From Candidatus Eiseniibacteriota bacterium (GTDB lineage Bacteria > Eisenbacteria > RBG-16-71-46), in the NCBI GenBank assembly GCA_963717505.1, contig OY970342.1, forward strand, positions 1,600,001-1,664,000: a DNA stretch of 64,000 bases, given 5' to 3'. The notes beneath the pieces are model-generated. The model saw only the letters and a program-made list of their open reading frames with translations. It did not search any database and was not told the origin of the DNA. Below are positions 1-10,623 of the stretch, one piece after another. Every line of letters starts with the position of its first letter. Position 1 is the stretch's first letter. The position numbers were made by a program, and so were the translations under genes.

Positions 1-468
1 TGCGGGGTCCACGACATGCGGCTCTCCACGGTTCACGCTCGGCTCTACTTCCAGGTGCCGTGCACGCAGACGTTCGCGGTCAGCATCGTCGCCGCCATCG
101 TGGACACGTGCCTGCGCCCGGATCCCGATCAGGTTCTGTGCGGGCCAATGATCGTCGACTACGCGTCCACCACCGGAACGCAGGATGTGACCTTCGACTT
201 GCCTTCCGGATGCGCGATCGACGGTCCGGCCTTCCTCAACATTTCATTCGTCGAACTCGAACCGGGCTGTGCGGACTTGGGCACGCGGCCGGCGCTGGTG
301 ACCAGCAACGAGTGCCAACCCTGTTCGAGCTACAACTTCTACCCGGCCGCCCAGGTCGACGTGTGCGCCGTGCCGTTGCCCGGAAGGCCGATCATGTACG
401 TCGAGGCCGAATCGACCGTACCCGTGCTGCGTTCCACGTGGGGTGCCGTGAGAATCCGCTATCGCTGA
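1..468 (+). CDS. Cys-rich, probably secreted protein (5'-partial) with C-terminal STWGAVRIRYR tag
   Basis: Frame 1 is open from the window edge (TGC GGG GTC CAC GAC ATG...); ends ...STVPVLRSTWGAVRIRYR*. Confidence 0.75.
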   Translation, partial: CGVHDMRLSTVHARLYFQVPCTQTFAVSIVAAIVDTCLRPDPDQVLCGPMIVDYASTTGTQDVTFDLPSGCAIDGPAFLNISFVELEPGCADLGTRPALVTSNECQPCSSYNFYPAAQVDVCAVPLPGRPIMYVEAESTVPVLRSTWGAVRIRYR

Positions 469-532
469 TGGTCGCGTTCGACTACCGTTCGGGCGCCGCT
501 TCGAGCAATCAGGATCGTCGACCTCGAAAGGA

Positions 533-1798
533 GTGACCGTGTACACGAATCGCAGCTTCCTTCGCCGCGCGGGTGCGCTGATCTTCGTCGCCGGCATGCT
601 GCTCCAAGGGTGCAGCAGCGACTCGGACTCACCGACCTATCCGGGAGGCCCGGCGGCGATCGGTGGTTACGTGAGCAAGGGGCCGATCGCCGGAGCCGTG
701 GTCGCCGTCCACTCACTGCAAGCCAACGGAACGCTGGGCAGTCAGGTCGTGGGCCCCGACACCACGGATGCCCTGGGCTACTGGGCGGGGGAAGTCCCGA
801 CCAGCGCCGTGGCGCCGTTCGTTCTCGCCGCCGCCGGTGGCACCTACGACGACGAATCGACCGGCAACCCGGTGAGCCTCATCCCCGGACAGGTGCTGTA
901 CGGGCTGGTCAAAGGCGCTTCGTCACAAGTGACGCCGCTCAGCCACACGACGTTCATCGGCATGCAGTACCTGGTGTCGGGCAGCGCGACCCTGACCGAC
1001 GCGATCAATCAGGCTACGGCCAGCTCGGTCACCGCGTTCGGCTTCGACTTCGCGACCACGGTGCCGCGCAATTCGGCGACCGCGACCGACAGCGAGAAAC
1101 GCTACGCCGCGCTGCTCGGTGGGCTCTCGACCTTGATCGACAACAACCCGGCACTGAGCGCCTTCTCGACGTCGCACCCGGTGGATCTGATCCTGGGCCT
1201 GGCGCGTGACATGGCCGACGGCCACCTCGATGGTCTCGATCCCTCCGGCAGCCCGATCGACGTGCCGACCAGCGGGCCAGGCACTTTGGCCGCACTCTTG
1301 CCGGGGCTGAGCGTGGACGACCTGTCCGCGTGGCTCGACGCCTGCAACACTTATGCGGCCTCGCAGGCCAACCTGAGTGGCATCAGTTTCAACACGGCCC
1401 TGGTGTGGGCGGCGGCGGGCTCGCCGGGCAGCGGGAACTGCGAAGTGACGTTCACGGGGACCGGCGCCGCACTCCTGCCGGAAGCCTGCTTCGATGAGAC
1501 CTCCAGCGCCTTGCTCAAGGAGCAATTCACCTGGAACGACGGGCCCGATGACGTGCAGATTCTTGCGATTCTGGTGACGCCGACCTCGAACCTCTTCCGG
1601 ACCCTGTATGTCACGCGGCCCGATAACGGCGGCGCAGTGTGGAACGCGTTCAACGGCTCGGGCATCCCGGGTGTCAGCCTTTCGGGTGGGGTGGTCACGT
1701 TCACGAACGTCGTGCTGCCCGAGCTGACCTCGGGGGGAACGTCGTTGACGCTCAACGGTCAGCTCGACGAACCCAGTCCCAGCGCGCCAGCGCCGTGA
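533..1798 (+). CDS. Lipoprotein of unknown function
   Basis: AAGGAG RBS; signal peptide with lipobox LLQGC; SKGPIAGAVV motif typical of Ig-like surface lipoproteins. Confidence 0.75.
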   Translation: MTVYTNRSFLRRAGALIFVAGMLLQGCSSDSDSPTYPGGPAAIGGYVSKGPIAGAVVAVHSLQANGTLGSQVVGPDTTDALGYWAGEVPTSAVAPFVLAAAGGTYDDESTGNPVSLIPGQVLYGLVKGASSQVTPLSHTTFIGMQYLVSGSATLTDAINQATASSVTAFGFDFATTVPRNSATATDSEKRYAALLGGLSTLIDNNPALSAFSTSHPVDLILGLARDMADGHLDGLDPSGSPIDVPTSGPGTLAALLPGLSVDDLSAWLDACNTYAASQANLSGISFNTALVWAAAGSPGSGNCEVTFTGTGAALLPEACFDETSSALLKEQFTWNDGPDDVQILAILVTPTSNLFRTLYVTRPDNGGAVWNAFNGSGIPGVSLSGGVVTFTNVVLPELTSGGTSLTLNGQLDEPSPSAPAP

Positions 1799-1800
1799 GT

Positions 1801-3090
1801 CTAGCGACGTTTGGCCGGAGCCGAGGCTGCGATCAGCGGCTCGGTCACGGGCGGCATCTCCAGACCTCGTAGCAGCGCGAGCGCCGCGTCTCGTTCGGGG
1901 CGGAATGCGTCCATCTGCTCCGGTCCGAGCGCCGACGCGGCCGGCAGGCTCACCGTCAGCGGGTTCCGGTGCTGCCCGTTCTTGATGAACTCGTAGTGCA
2001 GGTGCGAGCCGGTCGCGAGTCCGGTGGAACCGACACGCCCGATGATCTGCCCCTGGTCGACCCGCGCGCCGGGACGCACGCCAATCGAGCTCAGGTGGGC
2101 GTAGCGGGTCCAGATGCCGTGCGTGTGGCGAATCTCGACGGTCTTGCCGTAGGCGCCCCACGCGCCGGCGCGGGTCACGGTGCCGGCGGCGGTGGCCCGC
2201 ACCGCGGCGCCGTGCGGGGCGCCATAGTCGATGCCTTGATGCGGCCGGCTGCGTTTGAGGATCGGGTGGTAGCGACGGTTCGTGAACCCGCTGGTGATTC
2301 GGTACGGCACGGGGTAACGGAGGAAGACACCACGGAGTGCGTGGCCTTCGATGTCGTAGTACTCGCGCCGGCCGCCCGGCGCGGTGAACGGGATCGCGGG
2401 CAGCACGTGCTCTTCATTCCGGAACTCGATCGCCAGGAATCGACGAGCGCGAATCGATCGATCGGGGCGCACCTCGCGCTCGACCGCGACCCGGAACGCG
2501 TCGCCCGCTCGCAGGTCTCGGGTGAAGTCGATCTTCCACGCGAATACTTCGGCCAGGTCGTAGACGAATTCCTCGTACTCCCCGTCCTGGAGGCGATCCA
2601 CTTCACCGCTCAACCGGGCGAGCCAGAGGTTCGACTCGATCAGCCCGGCCAGCCGCACGGTGTCGACCACCACCGGCACGACTTCTTTCCACGCCGTCCA
2701 GCCGGAATCGGCGGGAGCCACGTGCAGGATGGTGTCCTGGTCCACGTGCAGCGCGAGCAGCCTCGGTCGTTGGCCGGCGAAGCCAGTGAACGACAGGATC
2801 GCGCCCGGACGCAGGCTGCGCGGGCTCTTGTGCTCCCGGATGGCGGCGCCGATCTCGTGGATCTCGAACTCGTCGAATTGATGCTCGGCCATGATCTCGG
2901 CGAGGGTCTCGCCGGAGCCCAGCGTGTCCGCAATCGTTACGCGCTCAGGGGGCGGCGACGCCGCGACGGCGCGCACTTCGGCCGACGGCATCGAACGGCC
3001 CGTGAGCGTCGAGGCCACGAGCCAGCAGCCCGCGATGATGGCAGGGACCGCGACCCACAGGGCCCGAAGTGGGGGAGACGGCTTCAGCAT
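1801..3090 (-). CDS. M23 family peptidoglycan DD-endopeptidase (MepM-like)
   Basis: HQGIDYGAP, RYAHLS and HLHYEF motifs; IDFTRDLRAGD (Csd3-like N-region); N-terminal TM. Confidence 0.92.
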   Translation of the reverse strand: MLKPSPPLRALWVAVPAIIAGCWLVASTLTGRSMPSAEVRAVAASPPPERVTIADTLGSGETLAEIMAEHQFDEFEIHEIGAAIREHKSPRSLRPGAILSFTGFAGQRPRLLALHVDQDTILHVAPADSGWTAWKEVVPVVVDTVRLAGLIESNLWLARLSGEVDRLQDGEYEEFVYDLAEVFAWKIDFTRDLRAGDAFRVAVEREVRPDRSIRARRFLAIEFRNEEHVLPAIPFTAPGGRREYYDIEGHALRGVFLRYPVPYRITSGFTNRRYHPILKRSRPHQGIDYGAPHGAAVRATAAGTVTRAGAWGAYGKTVEIRHTHGIWTRYAHLSSIGVRPGARVDQGQIIGRVGSTGLATGSHLHYEFIKNGQHRNPLTVSLPAASALGPEQMDAFRPERDAALALLRGLEMPPVTEPLIAASAPAKRR

Positions 3091-3262
3091 CGCGCGGCAG
3101 GATAGATCATGAGGTCGGGGTCCGCGAGCCGCATCGTTCCTCCATGGCGCCCACCAGGCCGGACAAACCGATTATCGGCGGCAAGGGCGATCGCCTTCAT
3201 TTCCACGGCACTTGCCCGTTCGCAGGTTCAAACCTCGCCACGCTGCGTACGAACCAGTTGCC

Positions 3263-5518
3263 TCAGTCGTCGAGGCGCATTCGGGCGAGCAGGGTGCGGA
3301 ATCTCGGTTCGCCGCGCAGGCTGTCGAGGCGCGGGTGCACCTTGAGGAACACCAGCGAGCTGTCGCGCTCGGCATAGGCGCGCTCGAGCCAGTCGAGTGC
3401 TCGAGAGTTCTCGCCGGCGATTGCGTGGAACGACGCGATCCCGAAGGGCGCGACGTATGAAGTCTTGGCCAGCTCCAGGACTTCGGCCATCACCCGCCGG
3501 GCCTCGTCGCGCTGGCCATTGCGCCACAGCATGATCGCGAGCCCGGTGGACGGCGGCTCGGTGCCATCGGAACGGGTCACGCCGCGGCGGAAGAAGGCGA
3601 GTGCTTCTTCGTAGCGGCCGACGTGCTCGAGCGAGCGGGCCAGATCGGTGTTGCCGGGGCCGAACGACGGGTCCAGCTCCTGGCAGCGCTGGTTGTACGT
3701 GATCGATTCCTCGAATCGTCTCGCCCAGAACATGACGTCGCCGACCATCGTGTAGGTGATCAGCGACAACGGGTCCAGCTCGAGTCCGTGAATCGCCTCG
3801 CCGATCGCTTCCTGGTGGCGGCCCATGCACGAGAGGTGAACGGCGAACCGCCCGTGGGTTTCCGCGAGCCCCGGATTCAACTCGAGCGCGCGCATGAACT
3901 CCCGCTCCGCAGCCGGCCAATCCCAGTCCTGGAGCCGGAGCATCGACGCCAGCGAGCTGTGCAGCTCTCCGACCGAAGGATCGATCGCGAGGCCCTGCTC
4001 GGCGGCGGCGCGGGCCTTCGAATTGGCCTCATCGGGCGGCAACGCGCGGGTCGTGCCGAGGACCCGGTAGGAGTCGCTGATTCCGGCGTATGCGAGTGGG
4101 TACTTGGGATCGGCGGCGATCGCCTCCTCGAAGCAACGAATACTCTTGCGCACCGCGTCCGGCGACCAGCGATTCCACAGGTACCGGCCGCGCAGGTAGG
4201 CAACGTGCGCCGTCGGATCGATGGGACCGCGCGGCTGCAAGCGCACTTGCTCGGCGGGAGTCACCTTGACCCGAATCTCTTCGGCGATCGCACCCGCTAC
4301 CTCACTCTGGATCGCAAGGATGTCGGTCAGGTCGCGGTCGTAGCTCTTGGCCCACAGACTGCGATCGGCGAGCGCATCGACCAATTGCACCGTGACGCGG
4401 ACACGATCGCCGACGCGCAGCGCGGAGCCCTCGACCACGTGCTGCACGTTGAGCTCGCGCGCGATGTCGGCGAGCGCCCGGCCGCCGCCCTTGAAGCGCA
4501 TGGCCGAGGTGCGCGAGATCACGCGCAGTGCGCCGATCTGGGCGAGGTCCGCGATCAACATGTCGGTCAGGCCGTCGGCGAGAAACTCCTGCGTTGGGTC
4601 GCCCGAGCGGTTCTCGAACGGCAGGACCACGAGGGACCGCGTGCCGTCACTGCCCGAGGAGTCCGGCGACGGGGCCCGAGGCTCGAGAGCGTTCTCGCGC
4701 CCGCGCAGCGCGCGCGCCAGCGTCGCGGCATCGGGAAATCGCTGGGCCGGCGCTTTTTCGAGGCATCGAGCCACGATGGCGTCGAAATCGCGCGACACGC
4801 CGGGGTGCGAGTCCCGAATGCGCGGCGCGGGTTCGTGCACGATGCGATAGAGCGTCGCCACCGGCTCGCCGCCCGCGAACACGGCCCGACCCGCCACCAT
4901 TTCATAGAGCAGCAGTCCGAGCGCGTGCACGTCGGTGCGCGCGTCGACCGGGTGCTGTTGGATCTGTTCGGGCGCCATGTAGGGGACGGTGCCCGCAATC
5001 CAATTCGAGTCGCTGGCGGTCGCCGCGCGCGTCGGATCGCCGGCGCCGGCCACGAAGTGCGCCAGTCCGAAGTCGAGCACCTTGGCGCGTCCGCGCGGGG
5101 TGATCGCCACGTTGCTCGGCTTCAGGTCGCGGTGAACGACCCCCAGCTCGTGTGCGGTCTGCAACGCCTCGGCGATCTCGAACCCGATGGCGCGCGCACG
5201 AGCCTCGGGCAGCGGTCCCCCGGCGAGCAGGTCCGCCAGCGTTCCCCCTGAAACGAACTCCATGACCAGGAAGTCCGCACCGTCCTGGGCGTCGAGGTCG
5301 AACAACGTCGCGATCCCGGGATGCAACAGGCGCGAAAGCGCGCGGGCCTCGGCGGTGAAGCGCCGCCGAACGTCCTGGCTGTCGAGCGCATCCGGGCGGA
5401 TCAGCTTGAGCGCGACCTCGCGGCCGAGGCGGGGGTCCTCGGCGCGATACACCACACCCATCCCGCCCTGGCCCAAACGTTCAACGATGCGATATCGACC
5501 CAGCGAAGAACCGATCAT
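3263..5518 (-). CDS. Ser/Thr protein kinase with TolB-like and TPR domains
   Basis: LGQGGMGVVY, VALK, HRDLKPSN, DFG, YMAPE; LVVLPFENRSGD...ISRTS TolB_N-like region; TPR repeats. Confidence 0.93.
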   Translation of the reverse strand: MIGSSLGRYRIVERLGQGGMGVVYRAEDPRLGREVALKLIRPDALDSQDVRRRFTAEARALSRLLHPGIATLFDLDAQDGADFLVMEFVSGGTLADLLAGGPLPEARARAIGFEIAEALQTAHELGVVHRDLKPSNVAITPRGRAKVLDFGLAHFVAGAGDPTRAATASDSNWIAGTVPYMAPEQIQQHPVDARTDVHALGLLLYEMVAGRAVFAGGEPVATLYRIVHEPAPRIRDSHPGVSRDFDAIVARCLEKAPAQRFPDAATLARALRGRENALEPRAPSPDSSGSDGTRSLVVLPFENRSGDPTQEFLADGLTDMLIADLAQIGALRVISRTSAMRFKGGGRALADIARELNVQHVVEGSALRVGDRVRVTVQLVDALADRSLWAKSYDRDLTDILAIQSEVAGAIAEEIRVKVTPAEQVRLQPRGPIDPTAHVAYLRGRYLWNRWSPDAVRKSIRCFEEAIAADPKYPLAYAGISDSYRVLGTTRALPPDEANSKARAAAEQGLAIDPSVGELHSSLASMLRLQDWDWPAAEREFMRALELNPGLAETHGRFAVHLSCMGRHQEAIGEAIHGLELDPLSLITYTMVGDVMFWARRFEESITYNQRCQELDPSFGPGNTDLARSLEHVGRYEEALAFFRRGVTRSDGTEPPSTGLAIMLWRNGQRDEARRVMAEVLELAKTSYVAPFGIASFHAIAGENSRALDWLERAYAERDSSLVFLKVHPRLDSLRGEPRFRTLLARMRLDD

Positions 5519-5604
5519 GATGCTCCGATGACCCCGGCCTCGTGAACTGATCCGGCCGAGTTTACTTCACACCGCGCCTCGGACCCTGCTAGTGTCCCGC
5601 CTCC

Positions 5605-7371
5605 ATGAGTCCGGCCGACGCCGCGTCTTTCTCCGAGACCCCCGGAATCAAGCCTCCGGGTACGCGCGAACTCACCTTCCGCTCGATGGTCACCGCGGTG
5701 GTGGTCGCGGCCGTGATCGGCGCCTCCTACCCGTACGTCGTCCTCAAGCTCGGCTTCGGCCCCAACATTTCCGTGGTCTCCGCGTTCTTCGGCTATCTGG
5801 CGCTCGGGATCGCGTTCCGCAACTTCCATCGCTGGGAGAACAACATCGTCCAGACCGCGGGGACGTCGGCGGGACAGACCGCGTTCCTGTGCACGATCAT
5901 GGCCGCATTCGACCTGCTGCGTATGGACGCTTCGGCCAACTTCACGTTCGAGCTGACGCCGATGCAGTCGTTCATCTGGCTGACCACCGCCGGCGCGCTC
6001 GGCGTTCTGCTGTCGGTGCCGATGCGGCGCCACTTCATCGTCGACGAGAAGCTCACCTTCGCCGACGGTGTGGCGGCCGCGGAAACCCTGGTGGTGCTCG
6101 ACTCGCGCGACGACGCATCCAAGGGTGCGGCGCGCGCCATGGCGCTGGGCGGCATCCTGTCGGCGGTGACCATGGCGATTCGCGAGGACGCGCGCCTGAT
6201 CGCGGCCGCGTGGTACCGGATTCCCGAGATGCTGCCGCTTGGGCCCACCGGAGCGACCATGAACGTCGGTATCAGCTGGAGCCTGCTGTCGATGGGGTCC
6301 GGAATGATCGTCGGCATGCGCATCACGCTCAGCATGCTGCTCGGGATGATCCTGGCGTGGGTGGTTGCGCCGCCGCTGCTGCAGCAGAGTGGTGCCGTGC
6401 CCAACATGGTGCGCCGCGAAATGCTGCTGTGGGTGATGTGGCCCGCCGTCGGTTGCCTGGTGGCCGGGGGACTGACCGCGCTCGTGCTGCGCTGGAAGTT
6501 GCTGGTCAAGACATTCCAGAGTCTGCGGACCGCACAGCTCGACAGCGGCGACTTCCCGATCAAGTGGGTGATCTGGGGCTCGATCGTGTGCACCATCGCG
6601 CTCGTGGCCTTCCAGAAGATAAGCCTCGGGATGCCGATCTGGCTGACGCTCTCGGCGATCGTGCTCTCGATTCCGCTGATGCTGGTCGGCATCCGCGTGC
6701 TGGGCGAAACCAATTGGGGTCCGATCAGCCCGTTGTCGAACATGATGCAGGGCATCTTCGGGGTGCTGGCGCCCGGTCAGCTGTTGCCCAACATCGTGTC
6801 GGTCGGCGTCACCGGCTCGGTGGCCACACAGTCCGAAGGACTGATGCAGGACTTCAAGACCGGCCACATCATCGGCAGCACGCCGCGCTTCCTGACTTAC
6901 GCGCAGTTGCTCGCGGTGCCGGTCGGTGCTGCGGCGGTCGCCATCGTCTATCCGTTGCTGCGCAATACCTACGGCATCGGCGGCGAGCACGGACTGCAGT
7001 CGCCGATCTCCCAGCGCTTCGCCGGCTTCGGCAAGATTCTCTCGCAGGGCGTCGAGGCGTTGCCGCCGGGAGCCGTGGTCGCGCTGATGATCGGCGTCGC
7101 GATCGGCATCATCCTGACGCTGCTCGAAGGCACCAAGTATCGCGGCATGGTCCCATCGCCCACCGGCATCGGCATCGGCATGCTGGTGCCGGGCAGTGCC
7201 GTGGTGTCGATGTTCATTGGCGCTGTCGGCGCCGAGGCCTGGAAGTGGGCGCGACCCAAGCAGGCGAATCAGAACCTGATTCCGCTGGCCTCGGGATTCA
7301 TCGCCGGCGAGGCCCTGGTCGCGGTGATCATTCCGATATTGGTGGCCGTGGGGATCGTGACCCTGCGCTGA
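5605..7371 (+). CDS. OPT/YSL family oligopeptide transporter
   Basis: RELTFRS, ENNIVQT, GETNWGP and LMQDFKTG motifs; many TM helices. Confidence 0.92.
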   Translation: MSPADAASFSETPGIKPPGTRELTFRSMVTAVVVAAVIGASYPYVVLKLGFGPNISVVSAFFGYLALGIAFRNFHRWENNIVQTAGTSAGQTAFLCTIMAAFDLLRMDASANFTFELTPMQSFIWLTTAGALGVLLSVPMRRHFIVDEKLTFADGVAAAETLVVLDSRDDASKGAARAMALGGILSAVTMAIREDARLIAAAWYRIPEMLPLGPTGATMNVGISWSLLSMGSGMIVGMRITLSMLLGMILAWVVAPPLLQQSGAVPNMVRREMLLWVMWPAVGCLVAGGLTALVLRWKLLVKTFQSLRTAQLDSGDFPIKWVIWGSIVCTIALVAFQKISLGMPIWLTLSAIVLSIPLMLVGIRVLGETNWGPISPLSNMMQGIFGVLAPGQLLPNIVSVGVTGSVATQSEGLMQDFKTGHIIGSTPRFLTYAQLLAVPVGAAAVAIVYPLLRNTYGIGGEHGLQSPISQRFAGFGKILSQGVEALPPGAVVALMIGVAIGIILTLLEGTKYRGMVPSPTGIGIGMLVPGSAVVSMFIGAVGAEAWKWARPKQANQNLIPLASGFIAGEALVAVIIPILVAVGIVTLR

Positions 7372-7424
7372 GAGGTCCAACCTCGCGTGCGCCGAAAGCG
7401 GCGCTGCGCTAGCGTCGTCCCCCG

Positions 7425-9086
7425 ATGGATCGAACGTACGCCCGGCAAGGCTGGATCATCGCGCTCACCCTCGCTGTCCTCGCCGCCGGACTGCACACCG
7501 CATTCTCACCCTTCGGTTTCAATCCCACCGACGAAGGATTCGTGCTGGCCTACAGCCGCCGAGCCCTGGACGGCCAGGTTCCGCACCGCGACTTCATCTC
7601 GATCCGCCCGGCGGGATCAGCCTACCTGCACGTGGCCGAAGTCGCGTTGGGCGGCGACCACACGCTTCTGGCATCCCGCGCGACGATCTGGCTCCAGTTC
7701 GCCTTGATCGCGTGGTTGTGGACGATGATGGCGCTGTCGCCGGCAGGCGCGGGCTGTTGTCCGTTGCCCGCCCCGGTCCCGGGTCGCGTCATGGCGGTGC
7801 TGCGTAGCCTGGCCGCGGCGGCGCTGTCGGCGCTGGTGCTCGCGCTGACCTCCAATCTCTTCCCGCTCATGCCCTGGCACACGGTGGACGGGCTCCTGCT
7901 TTGGGCCGTCGCCTCGTTCTGTCTGTTCCACGGCGGTCCGCGCGCGCGCAGTTTGGGCCTGGTCGCGGCCGGCGCCGCCGTGCTGTGCAAGCAGAGTTTC
8001 CTGCCGCTCGCGCTGGCCACTCCCTTGATTTGGGGCGGCGCGCGCGAAGTTCGGACCTGGGTCTTGGTGCTCGGCCCGATCGTGCTCTACGCCGTTGCGA
8101 TCACCATTGCCGGAGGCGCCACCGACGGGATCGCCCAGCTATTCGCGCAGCAGGGTTTCGCCGCCGTCGCTGTGCTCACCTATCTCGTGTCGATCCGCTT
8201 CTGGGAGGGAGCGGGACTCGGACTCGCGGCGGTGGGACTCGCCTGGCTCTCGGGTCGGTCGGTGGATGAGCGCATCGCCCAACTCGGCAAGGGTGCTGTG
8301 GGCGTGGTGATCACGGGCGTGCTGGCCGTAGTCGCCGGCTCGGTGGGCAAGCCGGATTTCGGCGCGCGAGAAGCGCATCTGCTGTTCGGGTTCGGCATCG
8401 TGCTGCTGCTGGCTCCTGGAATCGAGCGACGCGGGCTGGGCGCGGCATTGGCCGGGGCGTGGTGCGCGGCCATCTCCATTGGGCGCGCCACGCCCGACTT
8501 GGGAAGCGGCGCGATCCTCGCCATGCTCGCTCGGTACGGAGGCACGATGCTGCCCCCGATGCCACGGGCCGCGGCCGCCGGCGCGATCGTGACCGTCTTG
8601 TTCGCAGTCACGGCTTTGGCTCAGGTCAGTGCCGGGCGTGCGAGCCACGTCTACCGCGACCGTCCTCGAGCCGAGTTGCATCACGATCTCGGCGCAGTAT
8701 TCGCGGGCGGCTCCGGAATCCGAACCAGTGCTCGAACCTTGGAGGTGATGGCCGACTTGCACGACTGGTCGACCAAGCTCCAGGGCCGGCGTTTCGCGAT
8801 CGTGCCCGACTTTCCGGTGTGGTGGACGACGTCCCCGGAGCCGAATCCCTTGCCGATCGACTGGCCGCAGGACACCGAGCTGGCCACGCCCGCGCTGCTC
8901 GCGCGGGTGACCGAAGCCCTCGACTCCCAGCGCGGGCACATCACCGTGCTGGTCGAAAGGCGAGAGGTTCGCCTGCTCGCTCGCCGCCCACCGCCACCGA
9001 TGCTCGGCCACTACGCCGTGGTCGCGCACGTGCGGAATCGCTGGCGGCCGGTCGGAGAGTCGGAGTACTTTATCGCCTACGAGTAG
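7425..9086 (+). CDS. Polytopic membrane protein, putative GT-C (ArnT/PMT-like) glycosyltransferase
   Basis: TM1 followed by PTDEG...GQVPHRDF loop; conserved KQ after a TM; soluble C-terminal domain. Confidence 0.55.
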   Translation: MDRTYARQGWIIALTLAVLAAGLHTAFSPFGFNPTDEGFVLAYSRRALDGQVPHRDFISIRPAGSAYLHVAEVALGGDHTLLASRATIWLQFALIAWLWTMMALSPAGAGCCPLPAPVPGRVMAVLRSLAAAALSALVLALTSNLFPLMPWHTVDGLLLWAVASFCLFHGGPRARSLGLVAAGAAVLCKQSFLPLALATPLIWGGAREVRTWVLVLGPIVLYAVAITIAGGATDGIAQLFAQQGFAAVAVLTYLVSIRFWEGAGLGLAAVGLAWLSGRSVDERIAQLGKGAVGVVITGVLAVVAGSVGKPDFGAREAHLLFGFGIVLLLAPGIERRGLGAALAGAWCAAISIGRATPDLGSGAILAMLARYGGTMLPPMPRAAAAGAIVTVLFAVTALAQVSAGRASHVYRDRPRAELHHDLGAVFAGGSGIRTSARTLEVMADLHDWSTKLQGRRFAIVPDFPVWWTTSPEPNPLPIDWPQDTELATPALLARVTEALDSQRGHITVLVERREVRLLARRPPPPMLGHYAVVAHVRNRWRPVGESEYFIAYE

Positions 9087-9154
9087 CGCGCGGTCACGCC
9101 CCGAACCCCCGCGCCCAGCGGCCCCGACGACGCCGCGATGCCAGGAGAACCGCC

Positions 9155-10030
9155 ATGATCCAGACGCAGTCCAAGATCGAAAGCCGCGGATATGTTCAGC
9201 CCGACGTTCTGGTGAGCACCGATTGGGTGGAGGCGCACCTGCGCGATCCCGACGTGCGCATCATCGAATCGAACGAGGATCCGCTCCTCTACCCGTCCGG
9301 CCACATTCCGGGAGCGGTCGAGGTGGATTGGGCGCGAGACCTGAATCACCCGCTGCGCCGCGACTATCTGGACCGGGTGTCCTTCGGCCAGCTCATGTCG
9401 CGCATCGGCGTCACTCGCGACACGCGCGTGATCTTCTACGGGGACAAGAACAATTGGTGGGCCTGCTATGCGTTCTGGATCTTCCAGCTCTTCGGACACA
9501 AGAACGCGCGGGTGATGGACGGCGGCCGGCTCAAGTGGGAGAAGGAAGGCCGGATGATGTCACGCGAGGCGCCACGCTACCCGGCGACCGCCTACGAGGC
9601 GCCCGAGCGCGACGACCGAACGATCCGCATCTTCCGCGACCAGGTGCTGAAGCACATGGAGGCCGGCAAGCCGCTGGTGGACGTGCGCAGTCCGCAGGAA
9701 TACTCGGGCGAGCGCACGCACATGGCGGAGTATCCGCAAGAGGGTGTGCTGCGCGGCGGGCACATTCCGGGTGCCAGGAGCGTGCCGTGGGCGCGGGCCG
9801 TGAATCCCGAAGACGGCACGTTCAAGACCGCGGCCGAGTTGCGCGACATCTACGAAAAGGAACAAGGGCTGACGCCCAACGACGACGTCGTCGCCTACTG
9901 CCGGATCGGGGAGCGCAGCAGCCTGACCTGGTTCGTGCTCAGCTACCTGCTCGGTTATCCCAAGGTCAGGAACTACGACGGCAGCTGGACCGAATGGGGG
10001 AACTCCGTCGGACTCCCGATCGAGCGCTGA
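9155..10030 (+). CDS. sseA: Tandem-rhodanese sulfurtransferase (SseA/CysA type)
   Basis: AGGAG RBS, ATG at 9155; GHIPGA twice, CRIGER active loop, YDGSWTEW. Confidence 0.9.
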   Translation: MIQTQSKIESRGYVQPDVLVSTDWVEAHLRDPDVRIIESNEDPLLYPSGHIPGAVEVDWARDLNHPLRRDYLDRVSFGQLMSRIGVTRDTRVIFYGDKNNWWACYAFWIFQLFGHKNARVMDGGRLKWEKEGRMMSREAPRYPATAYEAPERDDRTIRIFRDQVLKHMEAGKPLVDVRSPQEYSGERTHMAEYPQEGVLRGGHIPGARSVPWARAVNPEDGTFKTAAELRDIYEKEQGLTPNDDVVAYCRIGERSSLTWFVLSYLLGYPKVRNYDGSWTEWGNSVGLPIER

Positions 10031-10034
10031 CGCG

Positions 10035-10490
10035 GTGGTGGATGCTCCCTTGCCCGAGCGGCTCGACGAGTTGGTCCGCGAGGTCCAGAGCCTGGATCGC
10101 ACCGACCGCGCCGAGACGCTGATCGACTACGCGGACCGATTCGTCGAGGTGCCGCCGGAAGTGGCGATCCGGCCGTTCCCCGAGTCGCAACGCGCGCCGC
10201 GCTGTGAGTCCGACGCCTACGTCTGGGTGACCGATCGGCCCGACGGCACGCTCCAGCTGTACTTCGCGGTCGAGAACCCGCAGGGCATCTCGGCCAAGGC
10301 GTGGGCCGTGATCCTCGACGAGACGCTCTCGGGCCTGCCCGCCGAGCAGATCGCTCGCGTTCCCGGCGACATCGTGTTCGACATCTTCGGCAAGGACCTG
10401 TCGATGGGCAAAGGCCAGGGCCTGCTCGGGATGCTCGAGGTGGTCCACCACGAGGCTCGCCGGCGCCTGAGGGCGCGACACGCGCCGTGA
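10035..10490 (+). CDS. SufE family sulfur-acceptor protein
   Basis: LIDYAD...PRCES..YVW motif with conserved Cys; directly follows the rhodanese. Confidence 0.85.
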   Translation: MVDAPLPERLDELVREVQSLDRTDRAETLIDYADRFVEVPPEVAIRPFPESQRAPRCESDAYVWVTDRPDGTLQLYFAVENPQGISAKAWAVILDETLSGLPAEQIARVPGDIVFDIFGKDLSMGKGQGLLGMLEVVHHEARRRLRARHAP

Positions 10491-10623
10491 GCCGACTCAG
10501 GGACTGACCGCCGCTCGCCGATAACCGCGCCACGACGCACCCCCTCGGGCGATGAAGCGCGCTGCCGACCCCCGGCGCGCCCGAAACCGCGGGCGGGTGC
10601 GGCCTGAATCCGCGGAGGCCGAA

